This document shows positions 45,269-53,470 of a stretch of 61,350 bases of DNA, piece by piece. Position 1 is the first letter of the stretch. Each line of letters starts with the position of its first letter. Where the stretch lies: positions 1 to 61,350 of the forward strand of contig JANOAN010000004.1 of NCBI GenBank assembly GCA_031411135.1. The letters are read 5' to 3'. The notes beneath the pieces were generated by a model, which searched no databases, had not been told where the DNA came from, and saw only the letters and a program-made list of their open reading frames with translations. This DNA comes from a bacterium (GTDB lineage Bacteria > Patescibacteriota > Minisyncoccia > Phycocordibacterales > CAIZLB01). Position numbers and translations under genes: made by a program.

Positions 45269-45311
45269 GGACGCATCTTTTAAGGCACAGAATGCCTTAA
45301 AAGATGCGTCC
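45269..45311. repeat. Perfect 19-bp inverted repeat with a 5-nt loop between divergent genes
   Basis: GGACGCATCTTTTAAGGCA (45269-45287), loop CAGAA, TGCCTTAAAAGATGCGTCC (45293-45311). No T-run on either strand. Confidence 0.8.
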
Positions 45312-45392
45312 AAGGTCAAAGAACTTTTACATACTATAAATTGAAAACATGATTTAGTCAAATACAAAATCATAAGATATAATGAATTACAA

Positions 45393-48300
45393 ATGGCACT
45401 GACTTTTGAAGATAGAATAAAAAACCTCAACAAATCCCAGAAAAAAGCCGTCACTACCATCGACGGACCAGTTTTGGTAATCGCGGGCCCCGGATCTGGT
45501 AAAACTGAAATTCTCTCACTAAGAGTGGCTCAAATTTTAAATGAAACCCAAGTCCTCCCATCCCAAATTCTTTGTCTTACTTTTACTGACTCTGCTTCAT
45601 TGAACATGCGAGATAGACTTTCAAAAATTATCAGTGATGAAGCGTATCGTGTCTCAATTCACACTTTCCATAATTTTTGCGTCAGCATTATTAATCGATA
45701 CCCAGAATATTTTTACAAAGGAATTCCTTTTAGTGCAGTTGACCCGGTTACCCAGTCTGAAATTTTACAATCGATTGTTGAAAGCCTTGAAAAAGACAGT
45801 CCATTTCGTGGGGTTAAGCCCGATGGCACTTATGTGTATTTGGGTGCAATAAATATGGCAATTCAATCTCTTAAAAAAGATGGAAAGACACCACAAATGT
45901 TTCGAGAGATTTTAGAAAAAAACAAAACTGATATTGAGAAGATTAATAAAGTAGTAAGTAAGATATTTTCTGAGGGAAGAGTTTCAAAAAAAACTTTGGA
46001 ATTGGCATTACAAATTAAACTTAAAAAATTGGATGACAATTCTCTTGAAGGTATTATTTTTACTTCGTTAGAAAGGGCAATCAATGAAGCTCAATCTGAA
46101 GACAGTACAAAACCATTAACTGAGTGGAAAAATACTTATTTAAAAGCGGATGAAGATGGAAACTTGCTTCTAAAGGAATCTGCATATCAAGACAAAATGT
46201 TTGCACTTGCAGATGTGTATGAATCTTATCGAAAAACTATGCATGAAAAAGCATTGTATGATTTCGACGATATGATTTTGGACGTAATCGAAGCTTTGAA
46301 AAAACATAAGGGATTACTTACAGAACTTCAAGAACAATTTCAATATATTTTAGTTGATGAATTTCAGGATACTAACAATGCCCAAATGAGTATTGTGAAT
46401 ATGATTGCTAGTGCTGAGGTAAACGAAGAGCGTCCGAACGTAATGGTGGTAGGGGATGATGATCAAGCAGTCTATCGTTTTCAGGGAGCGGAAGTTTCAA
46501 ATATTATTAACTTTAAAAAAATGTTCAAAGATGTCACGACGGTTACTATGACCGAAAACTACCGCTCTACTCAGGAAATTCTCGATGTCGCTTCACATAT
46601 TATCAAGAAGGGAACTGAGCGACTTGAAAACATTTATCCAGAACTTGAAAAGAAATTAATCTCACAAAACAAAGAGCTTAAAAAGGGTAATATTCACCAT
46701 ATTCAGCTCCCATCTAGTTCGCATGAATGTCACTATATATCGCGCGAAATTAAGCGTTTAATCGACAATGGGACGAAACCTGGGGACATAGCAGTAATTG
46801 CCCGTAAACACGAGTTTTTGGAGAATCTGGTGCCTTTTATGAAGGGTGCAAAGGTACCTGTGAAGTACGACCGCGAGCAGAATGTTTTGGAGGAGCCTCA
46901 TATAATGGAGTTGATTACAATGTCTCGATACGTCTATTCACTGGTTAATAATGACAGTGCTGTTGATGAATCATTATTACCACAAATCCTTTCGTTTGGT
47001 TTTTGGGAAATTCCAAGAATTGAAATTTTTAAGTTAGCAGCGGAAGCGAGAATAAAGAGATACGATGATGATTTTAAGTATTTAAATTTAGTTTTAAATT
47101 CTTCAAGTAAAAAAATAAGGGAGGTTGGAAATTTTTTAGTCGAACTTTCACAATTAGCACAGAACGAACCGGCTGAGAGGATTTTGGACTTGATGATTGG
47201 AGCTCATGTGCCATTACTACCTGAAAGTGAAGATGAGGAAGTTGAAGTGGAAGTTCTGAGCGCTGAATTTACAAGTCCATTCAAACAGTATTATTTCAAC
47301 GACAAAAAGCGTACTCATAAAACCGCAGAGTATTTAACTTTTCTTTCGGGTCTTCGAATTTTTATTCGAGCACTTCGTGATTTTAGACTTGCTGATGTGA
47401 TTAAAATAAAGGATTTGATTGAATTTGTGGATGTGCATGAGAAAAATAGTATGTCGCTCAATGACTCGAGCCCTTTTAGTAATGCACTTGATGCGGTGCG
47501 GCTTTTGACTTCACACAAAGCTAAAGGATTAGAGTTCGATACGGTGTTTGTCATGTCATGTCAAAACGAAGTGTGGGCAGGACGTGGTCGCGGTCACATC
47601 TTGCCAATGCCGGCTAACTTGCCAATTTATCCAGCGGGGGACAACGAGGATGATAAGTTGCGACTTTTTTACGTTGCATTAACCCGAGCAAAAAGAAATT
47701 TATACCTTACGTCATATTTACAAACAGATACTGGTAAGGACTCAAATATTTTGAGCTATTTAGTTGATAATGAAAATTTAAAGCCAACTCATCCAAAACC
47801 GAATGAATATGCAGATCAAAATTCGCCAAGTCATCACGAAGTGCTAACTGCGTCATGGACAAATTATTTAACCGCACCATTTTTGAATGAGGAAAAGGCA
47901 CTTTTGAAGTCGTTACTCGAAGATTACAAACTTTCAGTGACACACCTTAGGAATTTTACCAATGTTGAAAGAGGAGGTCCGCAATTGTTTATTGAGCAAA
48001 ATTTATTAAGATTCCCTCAAGCAAAAACCTCATCAAGTGCTTTTGGTACTGCCATTCACCATGCGCTTGAACAGTATGTGTTGAAATTAAAAACAGGGGA
48101 TAAGCCGAGCGAAGAATTTGTGTTAGATTGTTTTATTAAAGCCCTCAAAAGAGAAAGATTGGCACGGAAGGATTTTAATGAACTTTCAAAGAAGGGGGAA
48201 AATTGTTTGATTGAATTTTTAAAAGATAGAGAATTTTCGCCCAAGGACATGACAGAAGTCGATTTCAAAGATCAAAATGTCATTATCGACGGAGCGCATT

Positions 48301-48707
48301 TAACAGGAAAAATTGATCGCATTGTGATTGATGGAAATAAGGCAATTGTTCACGATTATAAAACGGGAAAACCGGTTGGTTCGTGGGACGATAAAGACGG
48401 TAAGTCAAAAATTTACGATTATAAAAAGCAACTTGTTTTCTATAAGATTCTAATTGAAAATTCTAGAAATTATCGACATTTGAAAATGACACAAGGGGTG
48501 ATTGATTTTATTGAGCCAAAAAATGGAAAGTTGATTTCGCTTACTTTGAATATGAATGATCCTGAGATTGTTGAGTTGGAGGAGAGAGTGAAAAAATTGG
48601 CGGTTGTTGTGTACAAGAAAATCGAAAATTTAGAATTCCCAGATATTACAGAATTTGAGCCAAACCTGAAGGGGACTATTGCTTTTGAAGACAAACTCTC
48701 AAACTAG
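45393..48707 (+). CDS. UvrD/PcrA-type SF1 helicase fused to a C-terminal PD-(D/E)xK (RecB/Cas4-like) nuclease (1104 aa)
   Basis: Walker A AGPGSGKTE, plus VDEFQDTN and TENYRST. The C-terminus carries IVHDYKTGKP and QLVFYKILI, typical of RecB-family nucleases. Confidence 0.85.
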   Translation: MALTFEDRIKNLNKSQKKAVTTIDGPVLVIAGPGSGKTEILSLRVAQILNETQVLPSQILCLTFTDSASLNMRDRLSKIISDEAYRVSIHTFHNFCVSIINRYPEYFYKGIPFSAVDPVTQSEILQSIVESLEKDSPFRGVKPDGTYVYLGAINMAIQSLKKDGKTPQMFREILEKNKTDIEKINKVVSKIFSEGRVSKKTLELALQIKLKKLDDNSLEGIIFTSLERAINEAQSEDSTKPLTEWKNTYLKADEDGNLLLKESAYQDKMFALADVYESYRKTMHEKALYDFDDMILDVIEALKKHKGLLTELQEQFQYILVDEFQDTNNAQMSIVNMIASAEVNEERPNVMVVGDDDQAVYRFQGAEVSNIINFKKMFKDVTTVTMTENYRSTQEILDVASHIIKKGTERLENIYPELEKKLISQNKELKKGNIHHIQLPSSSHECHYISREIKRLIDNGTKPGDIAVIARKHEFLENLVPFMKGAKVPVKYDREQNVLEEPHIMELITMSRYVYSLVNNDSAVDESLLPQILSFGFWEIPRIEIFKLAAEARIKRYDDDFKYLNLVLNSSSKKIREVGNFLVELSQLAQNEPAERILDLMIGAHVPLLPESEDEEVEVEVLSAEFTSPFKQYYFNDKKRTHKTAEYLTFLSGLRIFIRALRDFRLADVIKIKDLIEFVDVHEKNSMSLNDSSPFSNALDAVRLLTSHKAKGLEFDTVFVMSCQNEVWAGRGRGHILPMPANLPIYPAGDNEDDKLRLFYVALTRAKRNLYLTSYLQTDTGKDSNILSYLVDNENLKPTHPKPNEYADQNSPSHHEVLTASWTNYLTAPFLNEEKALLKSLLEDYKLSVTHLRNFTNVERGGPQLFIEQNLLRFPQAKTSSSAFGTAIHHALEQYVLKLKTGDKPSEEFVLDCFIKALKRERLARKDFNELSKKGENCLIEFLKDREFSPKDMTEVDFKDQNVIIDGAHLTGKIDRIVIDGNKAIVHDYKTGKPVGSWDDKDGKSKIYDYKKQLVFYKILIENSRNYRHLKMTQGVIDFIEPKNGKLISLTLNMNDPEIVELEERVKKLAVVVYKKIENLEFPDITEFEPNLKGTIAFEDKLSN

Positions 48708-48722
48708 GCATATACTTATAAT

Positions 48723-49571
48723 ATGGATTACTTTTCATCTATTGGTTTGTCATTTCTATTTGATAATACTTACTTTATTACAAAGTTTGTAATTTATGCT
48801 CTTGTCGTTATTTTATTCTTTACTTTTATAATTTCTCGAATAAACAAGTACATTGCAGTCCACACTCATACTAGAAGACAGAAATCTAATATAAACATTT
48901 TTATAAGTCTTATAAAGTATCTAACGGTTTTTACACTTATATTTGGTATTTTATTTCACTACTCGGCTTCGCTTAAGGACTTCGGAATAGTTCTAGGAGC
49001 GCTGACGGCTGCAATGGGACTTGCACTTCAAAAGCCAATTTCGTCCGTAGCTGCGTGGTTTATGATAGTTGTGAAGCGGCCATTCGATATAGGCGATCGC
49101 ATAATTATTGATGGAGTAAAGGGGAATGTTATGGATATTTCTATTACGCATATTCACCTTGAAGAAGTCGGTCGATACGGTGGAGAAGAAGTGTCAGGCA
49201 GAATCGTTATTATTCCAAACTCAATTCTTTTCGAAAAAAGTATTACGAACTATTCTTCAACCAGCGATTATATTCTAGGACAAGTAGTTGTGACAGTGTC
49301 ATATGAAAGTAATATAAACAAAACGAATGCAATTGTGCTAGATGCAGCGAAAAAATATTCAGAGGAATATGGAAGAATTGTGGAAAAGGATTTACACACG
49401 AGACTGTACTTCTCGAATAATGGAATGGAAGTCCATGTTAGGTATTATGTGCCATTTGATAAAGCTCAAGAGGTGGCGACAAATATTACTAAAGAAATTT
49501 ATGATCAGATTAGGTTGGCAGACGATATTGAAATTTCGTATACTCATACGAAGGTGATTTTGGATAAGTAG
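48723..49571 (+). CDS. MscS-family mechanosensitive channel (282 aa)
   Basis: TM helices followed by GLALQKPISSVAAWFMIVVKRPFDIGDRIIIDGVKGNVMDISI. Confidence 0.85.
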   Translation: MDYFSSIGLSFLFDNTYFITKFVIYALVVILFFTFIISRINKYIAVHTHTRRQKSNINIFISLIKYLTVFTLIFGILFHYSASLKDFGIVLGALTAAMGLALQKPISSVAAWFMIVVKRPFDIGDRIIIDGVKGNVMDISITHIHLEEVGRYGGEEVSGRIVIIPNSILFEKSITNYSSTSDYILGQVVVTVSYESNINKTNAIVLDAAKKYSEEYGRIVEKDLHTRLYFSNNGMEVHVRYYVPFDKAQEVATNITKEIYDQIRLADDIEISYTHTKVILDK

Positions 49572-49576
49572 GGCAA

Positions 49577-49766
49577 CAAAAAACCCGCCAAATGAAGGGT
49601 TCAATGTCGAACCCCGTTGGCGGGTGATTGTAGATGAGTGCTTATATAAAAGCCTCTACCGGTTCTGCCAGAACCGTATGGTGCTAATTTAGCACTACAC
49701 CCAAGGGCACATCAATCGCGCCACAGTGGTTCGGTTTTGGCAGACATTATTTACTTGTACTGGCCT
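49577..49766 (-). ncRNA. Candidate ~190-nt structured RNA of unknown class (strand uncertain)
   Basis: On the minus strand: TTGCAA (49796-49801), a 17-nt spacer, then TAAAAT (49773-49778). A compound hairpin pairs CCCGCCAA (49584-49591) with TTGGCGGG (49617-49624), with an inner GGGTTC/GAACCC helix, and has a T-run on the minus strand only. Internal hairpins include GTGCTAA-T-TTAGCAC, and there are mutually exclusive pairings around CTGCCAGAACCG. Confidence 0.3.
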
Positions 49767-49804
49767 TTCCCAATTTTACCTTTACATTAAATTTATTGCA
49801 ACAG

Positions 49805-49830
49805 AAAAAACCACCCGAAGGTGGTTTCTT
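49805..49830. terminator. Bidirectional intrinsic terminator downstream of the DsbA-like gene
   Basis: AAAAAACCACC, loop CGAA, GGTGGTTTCTTT. Confidence 0.8.
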
Positions 49831-49844
49831 TATGATTCTAAACT

Positions 49845-50579
49845 TTATATCTTAGACAACTCAGAAATAATCTGGCTTATTGCAGGAAGTGGAAGTGCTC
49901 CATACCCGTTTCCATTAGCATCTACCAATGGGATGAACTGCCCCTTAACCTGAACCACACTGTAAGGAGTTCCTTGTGCACCAGCTTTAGAACCTGCAAC
50001 TACACCTTCTGCAATTTTTGACTTATATTTTCCACTATCAAGACATGTTTTAAATTTTTCGCTATCTAAATTGATTGCACTTGCAAACTCATATAATTTG
50101 GCAGGATCGAGTTTGTTATTTGCCGGAGTGTTTTTGAAAAGCTCGTCTGCGTACTTCCAGAAAGAATCATTTCCACCAATTTCAGCAGCACATTCGAACG
50201 CTTCTGATTCCTTGGGTGCTTTTGAGTGAAGTGATTCAAGAGGAAACATTCGATAAACTATGGCTAAATCACCAGCTGCCTTGCGTTGTTCATAAAGGGT
50301 GTTTGTTGTTGTGTGGAAATTTTTACAGAAAGGACATTCTGGATCTGTATATACAATTAGTTTTACTTTTGCATTAATTGATCCTTTAATGTGGTCAGCC
50401 TTTGTGACTTCGGCGACATTGATTTTTGGTTTAAGTGCCTCCTGAGCAATATCAGCTACAGATTTTCCCTTTTCAGATGCTCCGCCGCTCTGATTCTGAC
50501 TCATATAAATTGTTCCCGAAATTAATACTCCAGCAATGACGATTGCGAGAGGTAGTATGTATGGTTGAATGTTTTTCAT
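49845..50579 (-). CDS. DsbA-like thioredoxin-fold thiol:disulfide oxidoreductase, membrane-anchored (244 aa)
   Basis: N-terminal TM helix, the active site YTDPECPFCKNFH (CPFC) and a DsbA-type helical insertion. Confidence 0.8.
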   Translation of the reverse strand: MKNIQPYILPLAIVIAGVLISGTIYMSQNQSGGASEKGKSVADIAQEALKPKINVAEVTKADHIKGSINAKVKLIVYTDPECPFCKNFHTTTNTLYEQRKAAGDLAIVYRMFPLESLHSKAPKESEAFECAAEIGGNDSFWKYADELFKNTPANNKLDPAKLYEFASAINLDSEKFKTCLDSGKYKSKIAEGVVAGSKAGAQGTPYSVVQVKGQFIPLVDANGNGYGALPLPAISQIISELSKI

Positions 50580-50601
50580 AGTGGATATTTTAGCATACTT
50601 T

Positions 50602-51177
50602 TTAAAAAGGCAAACTGAAGGTCATTTTAACTTCACTCTTCTTTTCCCAATCTGTGGTGTTTAATGGTATATCCTTGATTTCGAGACCATCTTTGAATTT
50701 TAGTTTTTTGTATTTCAAGGCGTATTCATAAATATCCTTAGTTATTTTTACATCATCAATACAGTACTTTATAATTTTGTCGATTTCTCCTTTCTTCCAC
50801 CATTCGATTGCCTCGAGACCGTGCCCACTTTTTGCAGTGCCGAGTGTGGCTTGTGCAACTAGCCCTAGGCCTACTCTGTGTCCTAATGAATTTCTAATTT
50901 CTTTAAGGATATCTAAACTTTTAATTTTAGTTAAATCTCCGTTGTAGTACTTATTCAAAAGGGGAATATCAAAGTGGTCACCGTTAAATGTAACTAACAT
51001 TTCAGCCTTTTCAATAACAGGCCATAATTTTGGCAAATCTTCCTGAAGATAGCTCGAGTATTCACCAGTTTCGCTGTCAAAAATACAGACAACTGAAATA
51101 TCGAGCATTTCCGGCTCTGCCTTACCCACTTCCTGAAATGTATTTCGCGTTTCGATGTCTAGAAAAATTTTTCGCAT
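50602..51177 (-). CDS. DEDD-type 3'-5' exonuclease, RNase H-like fold (191 aa)
   Basis: FLDIETRN (ExoI), VTFNGDHFDIPLL (ExoII) and YCIDDVKIT (ExoIII). Confidence 0.65.
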   Translation of the reverse strand: MRKIFLDIETRNTFQEVGKAEPEMLDISVVCIFDSETGEYSSYLQEDLPKLWPVIEKAEMLVTFNGDHFDIPLLNKYYNGDLTKIKSLDILKEIRNSLGHRVGLGLVAQATLGTAKSGHGLEAIEWWKKGEIDKIIKYCIDDVKITKDIYEYALKYKKLKFKDGLEIKDIPLNTTDWEKKSEVKMTFSLPF

Positions 51178-51181
51178 CTTA

Positions 51182-52078
51182 TTATTGAAACATGTAAAGA
51201 AGATAAGTGCTTATATCCCTTTGTTCAAGATCATAAAAATATTTATTTTCGTTATGCAACTTAATTGCCAAGTCTGATCCAACAAATCTCCAATGCCATG
51301 GTTCGAATTGATAGTAAGTATTGTTTGGCGGATATGAAAGTACAAATCCATATCGGTAGGCATTATCAATTAGCCACTTGTATTCTGGTGAAGATGAGAA
51401 TTTGTTTAAATTATCACCATTTAATACAGTAGAGAAGTCCAATGTAGTTCCAAGTTGATGTTCAGAATATCCCTGGTCTGCTGAAAATTTATTTGCCGCT
51501 GTTGTTCCATAGGTCACCTTGTAGCTAGTTTTTAGTTGTTCTTGTTGCTTGAATGATCTGTATGCAGATAGAATTCGGAGGTTCATTTTGTCATATTTTG
51601 AAGCTTCCATTAATTTTTGCAAAAATGGCAAAACGTCAGAATGAATCTGTAGAGGTCTGTCTGGATTTGATAAGTATTCAGTGTTAATAAATGCAAGTTT
51701 GGCAGGTGTGTAATTTTCGTTTAAGAAATAGACTTTTGAATATTTAGACAAAAGTTGCGGATCGGTTTTGCTTAGACGATCAAGATTGTTGACCGTGTTA
51801 TTTACTTTTCCAATTTGTTCATCAAGCTGAGCGCTTTTATTTTGTTGGCTAATGTAAAGGTTTTCAATATTTGTGATTCTGGAGGTTAGTTCGGTATTCT
51901 TGTTCTCTGCGTCTGTAATTCTAAAAGTGAGACCCCTTGTCGTAGAAGCCATTTCCTGTACCAAAGTGCGACTTCGGTATTCACTGGCACCAACCGCAAG
52001 TCCAAATAATATTAAGACTCCAAGAGCTCCAAGAAGTGCTTTTCTAGAAATAAGATGATGAGTTGGTGTAGGATTCAT
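51182..52078 (-). CDS. D-alanyl-D-alanine carboxypeptidase, VanY/peptidase M15B family (298 aa)
   Basis: N-terminal TM helix. SAYRSFKQQ, SEHQLGTTLDF, YGFVLSYP and EPWHWRFVG. Confidence 0.85.
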   Translation of the reverse strand: MNPTPTHHLISRKALLGALGVLILFGLAVGASEYRSRTLVQEMASTTRGLTFRITDAENKNTELTSRITNIENLYISQQNKSAQLDEQIGKVNNTVNNLDRLSKTDPQLLSKYSKVYFLNENYTPAKLAFINTEYLSNPDRPLQIHSDVLPFLQKLMEASKYDKMNLRILSAYRSFKQQEQLKTSYKVTYGTTAANKFSADQGYSEHQLGTTLDFSTVLNGDNLNKFSSSPEYKWLIDNAYRYGFVLSYPPNNTYYQFEPWHWRFVGSDLAIKLHNENKYFYDLEQRDISTYLLYMFQ

Positions 52079-53391
52079 TATTTTACAAAATTAATTATCT
52101 TAGCTGACTCTGAAAGTGTGGTGGTAATTTCAGTGCTGTCAGAGAGGCGCTTTATGTTGAAGGCTTTTCCTTCTGCTTCGACAGGACCCACTACTATTAT
52201 ATATGGAATAGATTGTTTGACAGCTGATTTTATCTGATCACCTATTTTCTTTTCAGAGTAGTTTATTGAAACATTAATTTTTTCATTTCTAAGTCCTTCT
52301 GCAATGGTATTTGCTGCTTCATTAAATTCATTATCCATGACACAAATCATGATTTCGGTTGTTGATTTGTATATGGGTAGTAGATTGTGAACTTCCAAAA
52401 AATCTTTCATGGTAACGTCCCCAACACCAAATCCCACTGTAGGTACTTTCTCCTCACCAAATATTTTTAATAAATCATCGTAACGTCCCCCGCCAAAAAG
52501 AGAGCGATTATTTTTTGGGTTTGTATCAAAAACTTCAAAGACAATTCCTGTGTAGTAGTCAAAACCTCGAATAATAGTTTCGTCGTATTCAACGTTTGGA
52601 ATGCCACGTCTCTTAAGAGTTTCTATCACTGTATCAAGTTCTTGTTTTGCCTCACGGATGTTAGGGATAGCCATAGCTTCTTCGTATTCGTCGCTTTCTT
52701 TACCTAAATTCAAGAATTTAAAAGCCTTTCCTACGATTTTTTCTGCTTCGGCGTCAAAGTCCTCAGGAGACATTTTAGCTTTCTTGTCTATCAGTTTTTG
52801 CATTCGCATCGATTGTTCATCATTAAATTCGTACCAGCTAGAAAAAAGAGAATTGAGTAATTTTCTGCTTGAGATTTTAATGACGAAGTCAGGGGCCGAC
52901 GCGCCGAACTCTTTTAAAAGAGCGTCGGCCATACTGATGATCTCAATATCAGCTTCCACTGATGAAATCCCAAAAACGTCAACATTCAACTGCCAGTGTT
53001 CGCGAAGGCGGCCACGTTGGGGTCTTTCATATCTAAATAAATTAGGAATTGAATACCAACGAGCAGGGAATCCAAGGTCGCGCTTCTTGGCTGCAATCAT
53101 CCGAGCGATCGTCGGAGTCATCTCAGGTCGTAGGGTTACTTCACGATCTCCTCGATCGACAAATGAATAAGTTTGTTCGTTGACCATTTCTTCTCCTGAT
53201 TTTGCATGATAGAGCTCGGTTGGTTCTAGAATGGATGCGTTGTAACGGTTGTAACCAAATTTTTCGGCAACTTTTGCCCACTTATCAAAAATGTATTTCT
53301 GCACGGATTCGTCTTCTGGGTAGAAGTCCCGAACACCTTTGTAGCTGTCAGTAGATATCTTAGAGCTTTTTGGCACTTTCATAGAGAACAT
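52078..53391 (-). CDS. hisS: Histidyl-tRNA synthetase (437 aa)
   Basis: KGVRDFYPED, LRPEMTPTIARM, YERPQRGRLREHWQ and GGGRYDDL, plus the anticodon-binding domain. Confidence 0.95.
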   Translation of the reverse strand: MFSMKVPKSSKISTDSYKGVRDFYPEDESVQKYIFDKWAKVAEKFGYNRYNASILEPTELYHAKSGEEMVNEQTYSFVDRGDREVTLRPEMTPTIARMIAAKKRDLGFPARWYSIPNLFRYERPQRGRLREHWQLNVDVFGISSVEADIEIISMADALLKEFGASAPDFVIKISSRKLLNSLFSSWYEFNDEQSMRMQKLIDKKAKMSPEDFDAEAEKIVGKAFKFLNLGKESDEYEEAMAIPNIREAKQELDTVIETLKRRGIPNVEYDETIIRGFDYYTGIVFEVFDTNPKNNRSLFGGGRYDDLLKIFGEEKVPTVGFGVGDVTMKDFLEVHNLLPIYKSTTEIMICVMDNEFNEAANTIAEGLRNEKINVSINYSEKKIGDQIKSAVKQSIPYIIVVGPVEAEGKAFNIKRLSDSTEITTTLSESAKIINFVK

Positions 53392-53470
53392 TGTAGCGTA
53401 ATTGTGATGTTATAACAATCTTAATGTTTTCTTAATAATATCTTCACCTGTATCAAATATACTTGATCAC

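Noticed and set aside
49726-49953. 75-aa plus-strand ORF spanning the spacer and the DsbA-like gene end
   Set aside because: It crosses a bidirectional terminator and runs antisense into a confident CDS.
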